Source of the DNA: Armatimonadota bacterium
GTDB taxonomy: Bacteria > Armatimonadota > UBA5829 > DTLH01
DNA: 64,000 nt
NCBI GenBank assembly: GCA_039679675.1
Contig: JBDKUN010000022.1
Coordinates: 1-64,000 of the forward strand
Reading direction: 5' to 3'
The notes under the pieces were generated by a model. That model saw only the letters and a program-made list of their open reading frames with translations, made no database searches and was not told where the DNA came from. The position numbers were made by a program, and so were the translations under genes. This document shows, in pieces, positions 48,527-57,802 of this stretch. Each line of letters starts with the position of its first letter. Position 1 is the stretch's first letter.

Positions 48527-49996
48527 TTACGTAATCAGCAGTAAATATATAAAAAGAAAAATGACGCTGTTGTGGATTGCGTGCGCAACCATCGATGGAA
48601 CGAGTGAGCGGCGGGTCTCAAACAGCAAATTGAAGACTGAAGCTATGGCAAATATCGGCAGGAACCCCCCAGGGAACGGGTGAATAATCGCAAAAGCCGC
48701 TGATGCCAGGACCAGAGCTCCCGCAATGCTCATCCGCACGCGGAGAGCGTTATATAACATCCCCCTGAAGAATATCTCTTCAAAAAACGGAGCGAGCACC
48801 GAGCCGAGCAGTATAACGACAAAAATCACAGCGGTATTCCCGGACAGGAACAGCGGCACTACCTCGTTTACCGGGGTCTCGACTCCACGGAAGAATATTC
48901 TGGAGAGAATATTCCACACTAATCCGGCAACCAGAAGCAGCGGCAGCAGCGCGCAGTAACCCGCAACTCCCCAGAGGATATTCATCAGGAATTTCCGCGT
49001 GGTAAGCCCTATAACATCCAGTTTGCGGCCCTGCTGCTTTAAGAGGTGATACACCACTCCAAGCCCGATCAGGCCGGTTGCAACGATGAGCCCAAACTCC
49101 AAAATTACGATATAAAAAACCCGGGAATCAGACGGCATCTTTTCCAGAGTAGAAGACAAAGATATTCCGGCGATCAGCCCCAGCGCAATCGAAGAAAGCA
49201 AATAAGCAATAAAACCCGTGAAAAGCACCTTAGCTATTGGCGTCCTATCTTCCGGTTCCTCTGCGGGGTGTTCGATCCACTTGCGCCCGTTCATAGCAAA
49301 CAGGATTATGAAAACCACTCCGGCGAGTCCGGCAAGGATAATCGCCAAAAACAATCCGCCCGTAGCCATAAACGATACGGCTGCTCGCTCCTTGCCTGCT
49401 GAGATAACCTGGCGAGCGCGGTCAAACTGATTAACTCGGCTGAACAAATGCTCCAGCGCAAACGCCCTTGCGGGCCCAAGGTTCAGGATGTTTATCCTCT
49501 TTGCGTATTCATCGGCTTTATTCGCGGTCAATTTTCCTGCGTATACATCGCGCCACATGGCAGCTTCGCCCCGCAGCTTTCGGACATCCTCCGGCTGAAG
49601 GCCCTTCAGCGTTGCCGGAGCCACCAATTTGTCAAAATACTCGACTGCGCCTTCTCTGTGAAGCTCATAAGACATAACACCGGCGCGGCGGATAGCTGCC
49701 GGACTGGGACCCTTTGCCGCTTTTTGGTAAAAATCAAACGCCAAAGGAAGCATCTGGCCGGATTTCTTTGTACCGGAAAACGTGACTCCTTTTTCCAGCG
49801 CATATTGGGTGTAGAAATAGAGTTTGATCTGAAGATCGCCGTAGTACATACTGGACATGCTTTCTTCAGTCTGTTGAGTGTGTAAAGCATTTCCGCTTTC
49901 GAGCTGAGACCTTAGAAATATAAAAAGAATCAACGCAAAAGCAACTATGGCGTATCTGAGCCAGACCTTTTCCCGGTTTTCGGTGTTTAGTTCCAT
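48527..49996 (-). CDS. CPBP (CAAX/Abi) intramembrane metalloprotease with extended N-terminus
   Basis: APFFEEIFFRG, FAIIH, AHAIHN. Confidence 0.88.
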   Translation of the reverse strand: MELNTENREKVWLRYAIVAFALILFIFLRSQLESGNALHTQQTEESMSSMYYGDLQIKLYFYTQYALEKGVTFSGTKKSGQMLPLAFDFYQKAAKGPSPAAIRRAGVMSYELHREGAVEYFDKLVAPATLKGLQPEDVRKLRGEAAMWRDVYAGKLTANKADEYAKRINILNLGPARAFALEHLFSRVNQFDRARQVISAGKERAAVSFMATGGLFLAIILAGLAGVVFIILFAMNGRKWIEHPAEEPEDRTPIAKVLFTGFIAYLLSSIALGLIAGISLSSTLEKMPSDSRVFYIVILEFGLIVATGLIGLGVVYHLLKQQGRKLDVIGLTTRKFLMNILWGVAGYCALLPLLLVAGLVWNILSRIFFRGVETPVNEVVPLFLSGNTAVIFVVILLGSVLAPFFEEIFFRGMLYNALRVRMSIAGALVLASAAFAIIHPFPGGFLPIFAIASVFNLLFETRRSLVPSMVAHAIHNSVIFLFIYLLLIT

Positions 49997-50053
49997 GTCA
50001 CTCCATCAAAGTAAAAGTTCTACAATCTCTATTACACGCCATACCAAAGACTA

Positions 50054-50183
50054 ACGTCATTCCAGGCTACCACAACGTCATTCCGAGCTTGACTCGGAAT
50101 CCAGGAAGGGAATGGACCCTGAATCAAGTTCAGGGTGACGTCGGTTTGTTCATGGTGACATCTTTGTTGTTCAGGGCAACATC
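50054..50183 (-). repeat. Family A repeat with 20-21-nt satellite units at both ends
   Basis: Core 50076-50140; extra units at 50054, 50148, 50169. Confidence 0.85.
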
Positions 50184-50222
50184 TTCTGTTCTGCGTGGCG
50201 TATAAATGCGAGCAGTTACCCA

Positions 50223-50486
50223 TTAAAATTGCCTTATGATGCGCAGGATTATGGAGATCGCAACAATAGCCAGGATCGGCGAAAGGTCGACGTAGGCATC
50301 GCCCATCCTCTGCGGCGGCAGTATTTTTCTGAAGATGTTAAGTACCGGCCTTGTGATCCGCCGGATGAAGACGACAATCGGGTGATAACTCGGAATCGAA
50401 GGTATCCAGGACAGAATCGCATCGATAAATATCAGCCACAGTAAGATCTGCAGCGCCAGTGCCACCAACCAGATCAAAAGAGACAT
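50223..50486 (-). CDS. yggT: YggT family membrane protein
   Basis: ILSWIP, ITRPVL..FRK.LP, DLSPILA. Confidence 0.9.
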   Translation of the reverse strand: MSLLIWLVALALQILLWLIFIDAILSWIPSIPSYHPIVVFIRRITRPVLNIFRKILPPQRMGDAYVDLSPILAIVAISIILRIIRQF

Positions 50487-50503
50487 CAGGTAACTCCTTC
50501 ACG

Positions 50504-51310
50504 CTACGACGAACGTGAGCGCTCCACGGAGGCTTCTACTGCATCATACACCGCAGCACGAAACGCAGCTCTCTCCAATGCGGCGATCCCTGCTATCGTG
50601 GTTCCTCCCGGACTCGCCACCGCGTCTCGCAACTGCGCAGGATGCTTACCTGAATCTATAACCATTTTCGCCGCGCCGAAAACCGTCTGAGCGGCAAGAA
50701 CGGCAGCTTGCTGGCGTGTAAGCCCTGCTCGAACACCGGCATCCGCAAGCGTTTCTATAAAAACATATACATACGCAGGCCCGCTGCCGGAGAGTCCCGT
50801 CACAGCATCCATAAGACGCTCAGGCACTTCTATTACTTTGCCGACTGCTCCGAATATACTTTCAGCCCGCTCTATGTTCGCGTCGCTTGCGTTCTTGCCT
50901 CGGCTTATGGCGACAGCTCCGGCCATTACGGCACAAGGGGTATTCGGCATTGCCCTAACGACCGGTACGCCGGACCTCAGCTTCGACTCGACCTGCGCTG
51001 TTTCGACTCCGGCAGCTATGGAGATTACCAGTTGTTCGGGTGTAACATAGCTGGAAATCTCATCGAGGACTTTCGGCATTACGCCGGGTTTCACGGCGAG
51101 TATAATTATGCCGCACTTCGATGCTGCTTCGACGCTTCCGGCGGACTCGACCCCTGTCGCTCCCGCAAACACTCTGAGCCGTTCTTTGTCTATGTCCGCG
51201 GCGACAATATCCTGCGGGGCATATACATGAGCTGTGATCAGGCCACGGGCGAGCGCCTGTCCCATCGCGCCCGCCCCGATTATGGCAAGCCTTCGCGTTA
51301 TTTCGGGCAT
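50504..51310 (-). CDS. proC: Pyrroline-5-carboxylate reductase
   Basis: IIGAGAMG, LAVKP, RAMPNTP, GLSGSGPAY, SPGGTT. Confidence 0.96.
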   Translation of the reverse strand: MPEITRRLAIIGAGAMGQALARGLITAHVYAPQDIVAADIDKERLRVFAGATGVESAGSVEAASKCGIIILAVKPGVMPKVLDEISSYVTPEQLVISIAAGVETAQVESKLRSGVPVVRAMPNTPCAVMAGAVAISRGKNASDANIERAESIFGAVGKVIEVPERLMDAVTGLSGSGPAYVYVFIETLADAGVRAGLTRQQAAVLAAQTVFGAAKMVIDSGKHPAQLRDAVASPGGTTIAGIAALERAAFRAAVYDAVEASVERSRSS

Positions 51311-51319
51311 TGTCTTGTC

Positions 51320-51766
51320 CTACGCACCCATGAAGGGGCTTCTTACTGTGGAGTCGCTGTTATTATTCTCCACATCTATCTGATAATTAGCCGGGGTGAA
51401 CAGGTATACCCTGTCGCCGATCTTCTCTACATAGCCATCCAGGGCATATGTGACGCCGTTTAGGAAGTCTATTACTCTCCCGCAGATCTCGGGGCTTGCT
51501 TTTTCGAGGTTTACGATCTGCTGATTGCCGGCTTTCAGCCCATCTGCCGCTTCCTGAGCGTTATCAAGTGATTGAATGGACTTCCAGACGGAAATGTGAT
51601 GCATCCTGGAAGGATGGAGTCTGAGTGTCACAGGGCGCCGGGTGCCGCCTGGGTCATCCAGCATTTCATCGAACTCATCATACTCTCCGAGTCCGACTCG
51701 CTCTTTCAATTTGGTCCAAAAACCTCTAGGTTGTTCTTCGTAATCGTCCAAAGGTGCAGTTGTCAT
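51320..51766 (-). CDS. sepF: Cell division protein SepF
   Basis: IVNLE, RVIDFLNG..YALDG, YLFTP; yggS-sepF-proC-yggT synteny. Confidence 0.9.
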   Translation of the reverse strand: MTTAPLDDYEEQPRGFWTKLKERVGLGEYDEFDEMLDDPGGTRRPVTLRLHPSRMHHISVWKSIQSLDNAQEAADGLKAGNQQIVNLEKASPEICGRVIDFLNGVTYALDGYVEKIGDRVYLFTPANYQIDVENNNSDSTVRSPFMGA

Positions 51767-51873
51767 GTATGTACCCTCCCATTTCTGGTGATGTGCCGGT
51801 CATGGTTGGGTGTTGGGCGGCCACTCCTTGCCTGACATCAGACACTTGCGCTTGTGTTCCCCCAAAGGGATGG

Positions 51874-52551
51874 CTAGGCTCTCGGACCGAATATGGCAGA
51901 ACCGATACGGACCATATTCGAACCTTCTTCTATGGCTATCTCGAAATCGTGACTCATACCCATAGAAAGCCAGTGCCGCTGCTCATCCGGCAGCTTGTCC
52001 CAAAGTCCTTTAAGGCGGGCAAAATAGGGTCTTGTCTCTTCGGGATCGGCTACGAACGGAGCCATCCCCATAAAACCCTGCAATCTGACGCCAGAAACCT
52101 CCGCAATCTCTCCGGCCAAATTCAGCGCGTCCTCCGGCGACACGCCGTACTTTGTTTCTTCTCCGGATATCTTGACCTCAATCAGTATATCTTGGACTAT
52201 CCCGCGAGCTTCGGCCCGCCTGCCTATCTCCACTGCAAGGGACAGATTATCCACACTTTGGATGGTCGAAAAAACTCCGACCGCCTGCCTTGCCTTGTTC
52301 TTTTGGAGATGGCCGATGAAGTGCCAGCGAACATCCGAAGACTCTACGGCCTTCCATTTTTCGATGGCCTCCTGGACATAGTTCTCGCCAAGGTCTTTTG
52401 CGCCTGCGGAAATGGCTTCTTGAATCCTCGAAACGCCGATAGTCTTTGTCACCGTTACAAGAGTGACATCCTCCGGCTTGCGGCCCGAATTTCGGGCTGC
52501 TTCCGTGATCCGTCCGCGCACGACCGCCAGGTTTTCTGCTATAGTTGCCAC
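51874..52551 (-). CDS. yggS: PLP homeostasis protein YggS
   Basis: VTVTK, GENYVQE, WHFIGHLQKNK, LSMGMS.DF, VRIGSAIFG; start probably GTG 52551 (ORF track 52593). Confidence 0.95.
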   Translation of the reverse strand: MATIAENLAVVRGRITEAARNSGRKPEDVTLVTVTKTIGVSRIQEAISAGAKDLGENYVQEAIEKWKAVESSDVRWHFIGHLQKNKARQAVGVFSTIQSVDNLSLAVEIGRRAEARGIVQDILIEVKISGEETKYGVSPEDALNLAGEIAEVSGVRLQGFMGMAPFVADPEETRPYFARLKGLWDKLPDEQRHWLSMGMSHDFEIAIEEGSNMVRIGSAIFGPRA

Positions 52552-52742
52552 AATATGTCTACCCGCCACAGGCCAGGTAACGCATGATTGCACGTAAAGC
52601 AGGGATGTGTCAAGGGTTTCAGCGAAAAATTATGCATGCGCCCTGTTTTCTATTATAGAGTTTCAAGAGATAAAGTACCAGCCTTACAGCTATATAAACA
52701 ATTCTCTGATATAGTTTTATCTGTTGATTTTAACTTACACCT

Positions 52743-52816
52743 GAAACTCTCCCGGAGGATTTTCGGCAACAGATAATATATGATTGGCCGTTAATCAATC
52801 AGCCGAAAATCTATAG
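52743..52816 (-). repeat. Palindromic repeat related to the insert nested at 23851-23913
   Basis: GAAACTCTCCCGGAGGATTTTCGGC...GCCGAAAATCTATAG is the reverse complement of 23850-23893, with a longer loop. Confidence 0.75.
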
Positions 52817-52907
52817 GTAATTTTTACCCTGAATTTTATCTTTTACAAGCCACTTGCAATATGATATTGTTCTAATAACTTAACCGAGGAGGCAAAAGGA
52901 CCTAAAG

Positions 52908-54095
52908 ATGGACAGCGAGATAATAATCGCCGGAGGCGGAGCACGGGGACTGTACTTCGCCCAAATGCTGCATCAGACACTCGGCAGAAAGGTTGCCGCT
53001 ATAGCTGACACCTACCTGGAAGGGCACAAGGTAATCACTCACAGACTTTCTGAGTTTATGACTCCCGATACCAAAGTCTTTCGAACCATTGATGAAGCCC
53101 TTCTATCCATTCCCCGCACTCAAGCTAATATCGTCTTTGTGATGACACCGGAATGGACTCATCTGGATATTTTCAGAAAAGCGGTCGGATCCGATTGCCA
53201 TGTGTTCCTCGAAAAACCTCTTGCGACCACTCGCGGGGATGTCCTCGAAATACTGAAAATAGCACGCAGCACAGACAAGACCATTCAGGTAGGTTTCGTG
53301 CTGAGGTATTCGCTGTTTTATAAAAAGATAAAGTCCATCATCGATTCAGGGGTTCTCGGAAGACTGGTCATAATACAGATGAACGAGCGCCTCGCTCTGC
53401 AGCATGGAGCGACATTCAAGCGGACATGGCATCGCAAGCAGGAGTATACCGGGGGCTTCATGAACGAAAAGTGCTGTCATGACCTTGACCTTATGTGCTG
53501 GTTCAAGGAAGGCCAAGCTTTGCCTGAGAGAGTGTGGTCCCATGGCGGGCAGCACTTCTGCAAGGATCGCAGCACTCCTCCTGCGTGTGTGGATTGCGAT
53601 CTTGCAACCTGCCCCTGGAGATATAAAGGAACTGAAACGCTGAAGTGTATCGATGGGAATTACTTGATGGATAAAACATCCGCGAAAGCAGGCAAATGCG
53701 TATTCCATTCAGATTCGGATGTCATGGACCATCAGATGGTTAACATTGTATTCGGCGATGGGACTCAAGGCGTTTTATGTGTATCTACAATGAGCGCTGA
53801 TCCCGGCAGAGACATTACAGTCCACGGGACGGACGGCTGCCTCCACGGTGAACTGGAAAAAGGCATTCTGAGCGTGCAAAACTACTGGAAAGAAGATGCG
53901 GAAGAGATAGATCTGAACCAGACAGACGCACATGGCGGAGGGGATGAGGCCATAGTCAAATCATTCCTCGACAGCATAGACTCAAAGAACAAGCCCTTGG
54001 CAACGGTAGAAGCGGGAGTTCGAGCCAGCCTGATAGCTTTCGCCGCAGACGACAGCGTCAGAACGAACGCCCCGGTCCAGCTTAATTCAATATAG
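52908..54095 (+). CDS. Gfo/Idh/MocA family oxidoreductase
   Basis: GGGARG, EKP, GFVLRY, EKCCHDLD, HGGGD. Confidence 0.9.
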   Translation: MDSEIIIAGGGARGLYFAQMLHQTLGRKVAAIADTYLEGHKVITHRLSEFMTPDTKVFRTIDEALLSIPRTQANIVFVMTPEWTHLDIFRKAVGSDCHVFLEKPLATTRGDVLEILKIARSTDKTIQVGFVLRYSLFYKKIKSIIDSGVLGRLVIIQMNERLALQHGATFKRTWHRKQEYTGGFMNEKCCHDLDLMCWFKEGQALPERVWSHGGQHFCKDRSTPPACVDCDLATCPWRYKGTETLKCIDGNYLMDKTSAKAGKCVFHSDSDVMDHQMVNIVFGDGTQGVLCVSTMSADPGRDITVHGTDGCLHGELEKGILSVQNYWKEDAEEIDLNQTDAHGGGDEAIVKSFLDSIDSKNKPLATVEAGVRASLIAFAADDSVRTNAPVQLNSI

Positions 54096-54104
54096 GAGCA
54101 GATT

Positions 54105-56465
54105 TTGCAATTTAAACACACAGATTTTGCTTCGGACTGCTTGCTGCCGAAGCGCGACACATTATGGCTGGTCGAACCGGCCAAAAGATGGATAGACGCT
54201 TTTCCGATAGGGAACGGCAGCATCGGCGCGATGATATTCGGGGGAACGGACACCGAACGGCTCGCATTAAATCATGAAAACCTCTGGAGAGGTGTCACGA
54301 AAGGCCGCACTGTCGAACCGAAGTACCAATATCTTCCTGAAATCCGTGAAAAGCTTCTTGCAGGCAAGTGGGTTGAAGGCGCGGAGCTTGCTACAAAGCA
54401 TTTGAGCGGGCATGAACGGCGGGTGCAGCCATATCAGCCGGTTGGCGACCTCCGCCTGCACTTTAGCAGCCGTGCAGATGTAGAAAACTACGGCAGAACG
54501 CTCGATCTATCGACAGCCATAGCAGAAGTTAGCTACCGCGCGGGCGGTGTGACATATAAGCGCGAAACATTTGCATCCGCTGCCGATGGAGCCATAATCA
54601 CAAGGGTCTCAGCCGATAAGCCGGGAGCAATCAGTGTAAAAATCGAGCTTGGACGGGTAGACAACCCCGAATGTGAACTCAAGCCGTGGTCAAATACGAA
54701 TGGAATCGGCTTTACAGGCAGGTTCGTCGAAGGAATAGAGTTCGCGGTCGAGACCAGAGTCTATCCATCCGGTGGAAAAATCGCCGCAGGTGAAGGTGCA
54801 AATATTCAGGTGTCCGGTGCGGATGAACTCCTCCTTGTGACTGCCATAGCGGTCGATTACAACCAGCCGGAGCCTGCCAAGTGGTGTTCGGAGCATCTGG
54901 ACAAAATCCCGGCGGATTTCGATACTCTAAAAGAACGGCATATTGCCGAGTACAAGCCACTCTATGACAGGGTGAGCTTCAATCTTGCTGCAAATGAAGA
55001 AGCGGAAAAATTGCCTCTCGATGTCCGGCTGGACAACCTCAGAAAAGGCGGAAACGATCCGGGGTTGTTCCCGCTCTATTTCAACTTTGGACGCTATCTG
55101 CTTCTCTCCAGCTCGCGAAAGTGCGACCAGCCCGCCAACCTGCAGGGCATCTGGAACGACGATATCCGGCCGCCATGGGACTCGGACATCCACAACGATA
55201 TAAATGTCGAGATGAACTACTGGCCTGCCGAGGTGTGCAACCTTCCCGAATGCACCGAGCCGCTTTTCAATTACATGGAGCAAAGCGTCCCAGAAGGGAC
55301 CAAGATCACAAAGAACCTTTACGGCTGCCGGGGCGTATGTTTTTGCATCCAGACTGACATTTGGGGCCGCCCTACCCCTGAAGCACCCGGTTGGGATGTC
55401 TGGACCGGTGCGGCGGCATGGCTTTCAGAGCATCTCTGGTGGCGGTACGAATATTCGCTCGACGAAAAGCTCTTGAAAGATAGAGTTTATCCCTTCCTCA
55501 AGTTGTGCGCTGAGTTCTACGAGGACTATCTGGTCAAGGATTCACTTGGAAGGCTTGTTACCGTCCCATCGCAGTCGCCTGAGAACTACTTCGCAGGCGG
55601 AGCAACGCCGGTCAGCCTGTGTGTCGGCGCAACAATGGACTTTCTCCTTATTCGCGAGGTGATGGAACGCTGCATCAAGGCAAGCGAGATACTCGGCATC
55701 GACGAAGACCTTCGTCTAAAGTGGCATGAGATCCTGAATGGCATCCCGCCGTTTCAAGCCGGTAAATTCGGGCAGCTTCAGGAGTGGCTGGACGACCATG
55801 AGGAAGCCGAGCCGGGCCACAGGCATGTGTCGCATCTCATAGGCGTTTATCCCGGAGAGCAGATGACCCCGGAGACACTGCCGGAGATGTATAAGGCGGC
55901 TAGAGTGTCGCTTGAACGAAGGCTTGCGGCCGGAGGCGGCCACACCGGGTGGAGCAGGTCTTGGGTCTGCGCTCTCTGGGCGAGGTTCCTCGAAGGTGAG
56001 CTTGCCTACGAGCACCTTGTCTGCCTGATTACGGACTTTGCAACGAAAAGCCTGCTGGATACCCATCCGATGAACAACGAGTGGGGCTATGTCTTCGAGA
56101 TAGACGGGAACTTCGGAGGGACAGCCGCCATCGCGGAACTTTTGATGCAAAGCTACGGCGGGACTATCCGCCTGCTGCCCGCGCTTCCTTCCAAATGGAA
56201 GACTGGCTCAGTGAAGGGTCTGCGCGCAAAGGGCGGGTTCACGGTAGACATCAGTTGGAAAGACGGTACGCTCACTGAGGCCAGGATAACAAGCGATTTC
56301 GGGAAGCCATGCAGAATAATCTGCTCCAGTGGCGCGCTTTCCGTGACCAGCAATGGGACTGAACTGCCTGTGGAACGCGACACCAACGGCGGGTTCACCT
56401 TCCCCACCCTCCCCGACAGGGCGGTAGTGCTGAAGGCGGGAAAATCGAATGGAATCATCCAGTGA
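54105..56465 (+). CDS. Glycoside hydrolase family 95 (alpha-L-fucosidase-like)
   Basis: FPIGNG.IGAM, FGRYLL.SSSR, PANLQGIWN, INVEMNYW, HRHVSHL, IDGNFG. Confidence 0.93.
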   Translation: MQFKHTDFASDCLLPKRDTLWLVEPAKRWIDAFPIGNGSIGAMIFGGTDTERLALNHENLWRGVTKGRTVEPKYQYLPEIREKLLAGKWVEGAELATKHLSGHERRVQPYQPVGDLRLHFSSRADVENYGRTLDLSTAIAEVSYRAGGVTYKRETFASAADGAIITRVSADKPGAISVKIELGRVDNPECELKPWSNTNGIGFTGRFVEGIEFAVETRVYPSGGKIAAGEGANIQVSGADELLLVTAIAVDYNQPEPAKWCSEHLDKIPADFDTLKERHIAEYKPLYDRVSFNLAANEEAEKLPLDVRLDNLRKGGNDPGLFPLYFNFGRYLLLSSSRKCDQPANLQGIWNDDIRPPWDSDIHNDINVEMNYWPAEVCNLPECTEPLFNYMEQSVPEGTKITKNLYGCRGVCFCIQTDIWGRPTPEAPGWDVWTGAAAWLSEHLWWRYEYSLDEKLLKDRVYPFLKLCAEFYEDYLVKDSLGRLVTVPSQSPENYFAGGATPVSLCVGATMDFLLIREVMERCIKASEILGIDEDLRLKWHEILNGIPPFQAGKFGQLQEWLDDHEEAEPGHRHVSHLIGVYPGEQMTPETLPEMYKAARVSLERRLAAGGGHTGWSRSWVCALWARFLEGELAYEHLVCLITDFATKSLLDTHPMNNEWGYVFEIDGNFGGTAAIAELLMQSYGGTIRLLPALPSKWKTGSVKGLRAKGGFTVDISWKDGTLTEARITSDFGKPCRIICSSGALSVTSNGTELPVERDTNGGFTFPTLPDRAVVLKAGKSNGIIQ

Positions 56466-56476
56466 CATATAAAATA

Positions 56477-56572
56477 TTGACAACTGATAGTCTGTAGGTT
56501 ATAAAAAAGCTGGCCCGCAGCACTACTTGGGGCTGTTATAAGCAGTTTGAAGTAGTGCCTGCGGGCCTTTTT
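56477..56572 (+). promoter_or_regulatory. sigma70-like promoter followed directly by a long hairpin and T-run
   Basis: TTGACA-N17-TATAAA (56477-56505); GGCCCGCAG-CACTACTT...AAGTAGTG-CCTGCGGGCC-TTTTT. Confidence 0.55.
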
Positions 56573-56621
56573 ATAGCATTAATTGTATACAATCGGTTTC
56601 ACTGATCTCGGAGGAATACCT

Positions 56622-57737
56622 GTGCGTAATTTTGTTCTTCTCACTGTAATACTACTAGGTTTTGCATCACTTGCGGTTCCGGCAAATGCCGGTTGGAACG
56701 TTTTGAACTTGTCCCAGCCAGAAAATAGCTTTGCTTGTGCGAAAAATATTAACGGCAATCAGGTAGTAGGATCAGTTTCTATTGGAAACGGCTGGCCGGG
56801 GTGGACGCATGCTTCTATGTGGACTCAGGGAAGCACAGGGTGGATCGATCTTAACCCCAGCGGCTCAGCGTATTCTGTAGCTAATGGTACGGATGGACAG
56901 AAGCAGACTGGTTACGCTTTTATAGGTGACAATATGCATGCAATACTCTGGACCGGCTCATCTAAAAATTATGTAGACCTGAACCCTTCAGGGGTCTTAG
57001 GTTCCAACGCGGAATCTGTCTACGGTAATCAACAAGTCGGAGGTGCTATGTATGACACCTCGTGGTCCGGAGTTAGCTTCGCCAGCTTATGGTATGGTTC
57101 AGCTGAGAGTTGGGTGAACCTAACACCGAAGGACTCAGGCGACTCGCGTGCTTATGGCACTGATGGAATCCATCAAGTAGGCTACGCTACGTTTAGCGGT
57201 AGTAATCATGCTGGAATATGGAGTGGAACTGCGGAAAGCTGGAGTGACCTGAACCCCATATCCGCAATAAGTTCACGCGCCTACGCTGTCCGAGGTAATC
57301 AGCAGGTAGGCTACGCCACCACTGCAGATTACTGGCGGCATGCGAGCTTGTGGAACGGCACATCTGATAGCTGGGTAGATTTGAACCCAGCCGCATCCGT
57401 CGAATCCAGCGCACTGGCATTATCATCAGGATATCAGGCCGGCTGGTTCAATACAGATGGTCTTGAGCGGGCATCCATATGGGCTGGGTCTGCAGACAGC
57501 ATGGTCGACCTTCATTCGCTTCTCGCTTCTGATACATACTGTAAGTCGTTAGCAACCGGCATTTCCATACAAGGCTCGGATATATTCGTGTCAGGATATG
57601 CATATAACAGTTCAACGAACAAAGAAGAAGCAATTCTGTGGCATTATACATCTGATGTTCCCGAGCCTTCGGGCATCCTTTCGCTACTCTTCGGCCTTGG
57701 TGGATTCGGCGGCATGATGCTGCGGAGGAAAGATTAA
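56622..57737 (+). CDS. PEP-CTERM exported protein with internal beta repeats
   Basis: GGAGG + GTG 56622; repeated QQVG..HA.LW.G....VDLNP; C-terminal VPEP + TM + RRK. Confidence 0.88.
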   Translation: MRNFVLLTVILLGFASLAVPANAGWNVLNLSQPENSFACAKNINGNQVVGSVSIGNGWPGWTHASMWTQGSTGWIDLNPSGSAYSVANGTDGQKQTGYAFIGDNMHAILWTGSSKNYVDLNPSGVLGSNAESVYGNQQVGGAMYDTSWSGVSFASLWYGSAESWVNLTPKDSGDSRAYGTDGIHQVGYATFSGSNHAGIWSGTAESWSDLNPISAISSRAYAVRGNQQVGYATTADYWRHASLWNGTSDSWVDLNPAASVESSALALSSGYQAGWFNTDGLERASIWAGSADSMVDLHSLLASDTYCKSLATGISIQGSDIFVSGYAYNSSTNKEEAILWHYTSDVPEPSGILSLLFGLGGFGGMMLRRKD

Positions 57738-57802
57738 GCATTCACTGATAGACAGAGGGATCCAGACCTCGGTCTATCGGATATTAAATTCATAAACGAG
57801 AG

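Noticed and set aside
47886..48534. Several 60-86-aa ORFs upstream of the methyltransferase
   Set aside because: They overlap repeat clusters, the terminator and the sigma54 site; no coherent protein features.
50032..50223. 63-aa ORF sharing peptide with the NuoM tail
   Set aside because: The similarity comes from the family-A repeat; no independent coding evidence.
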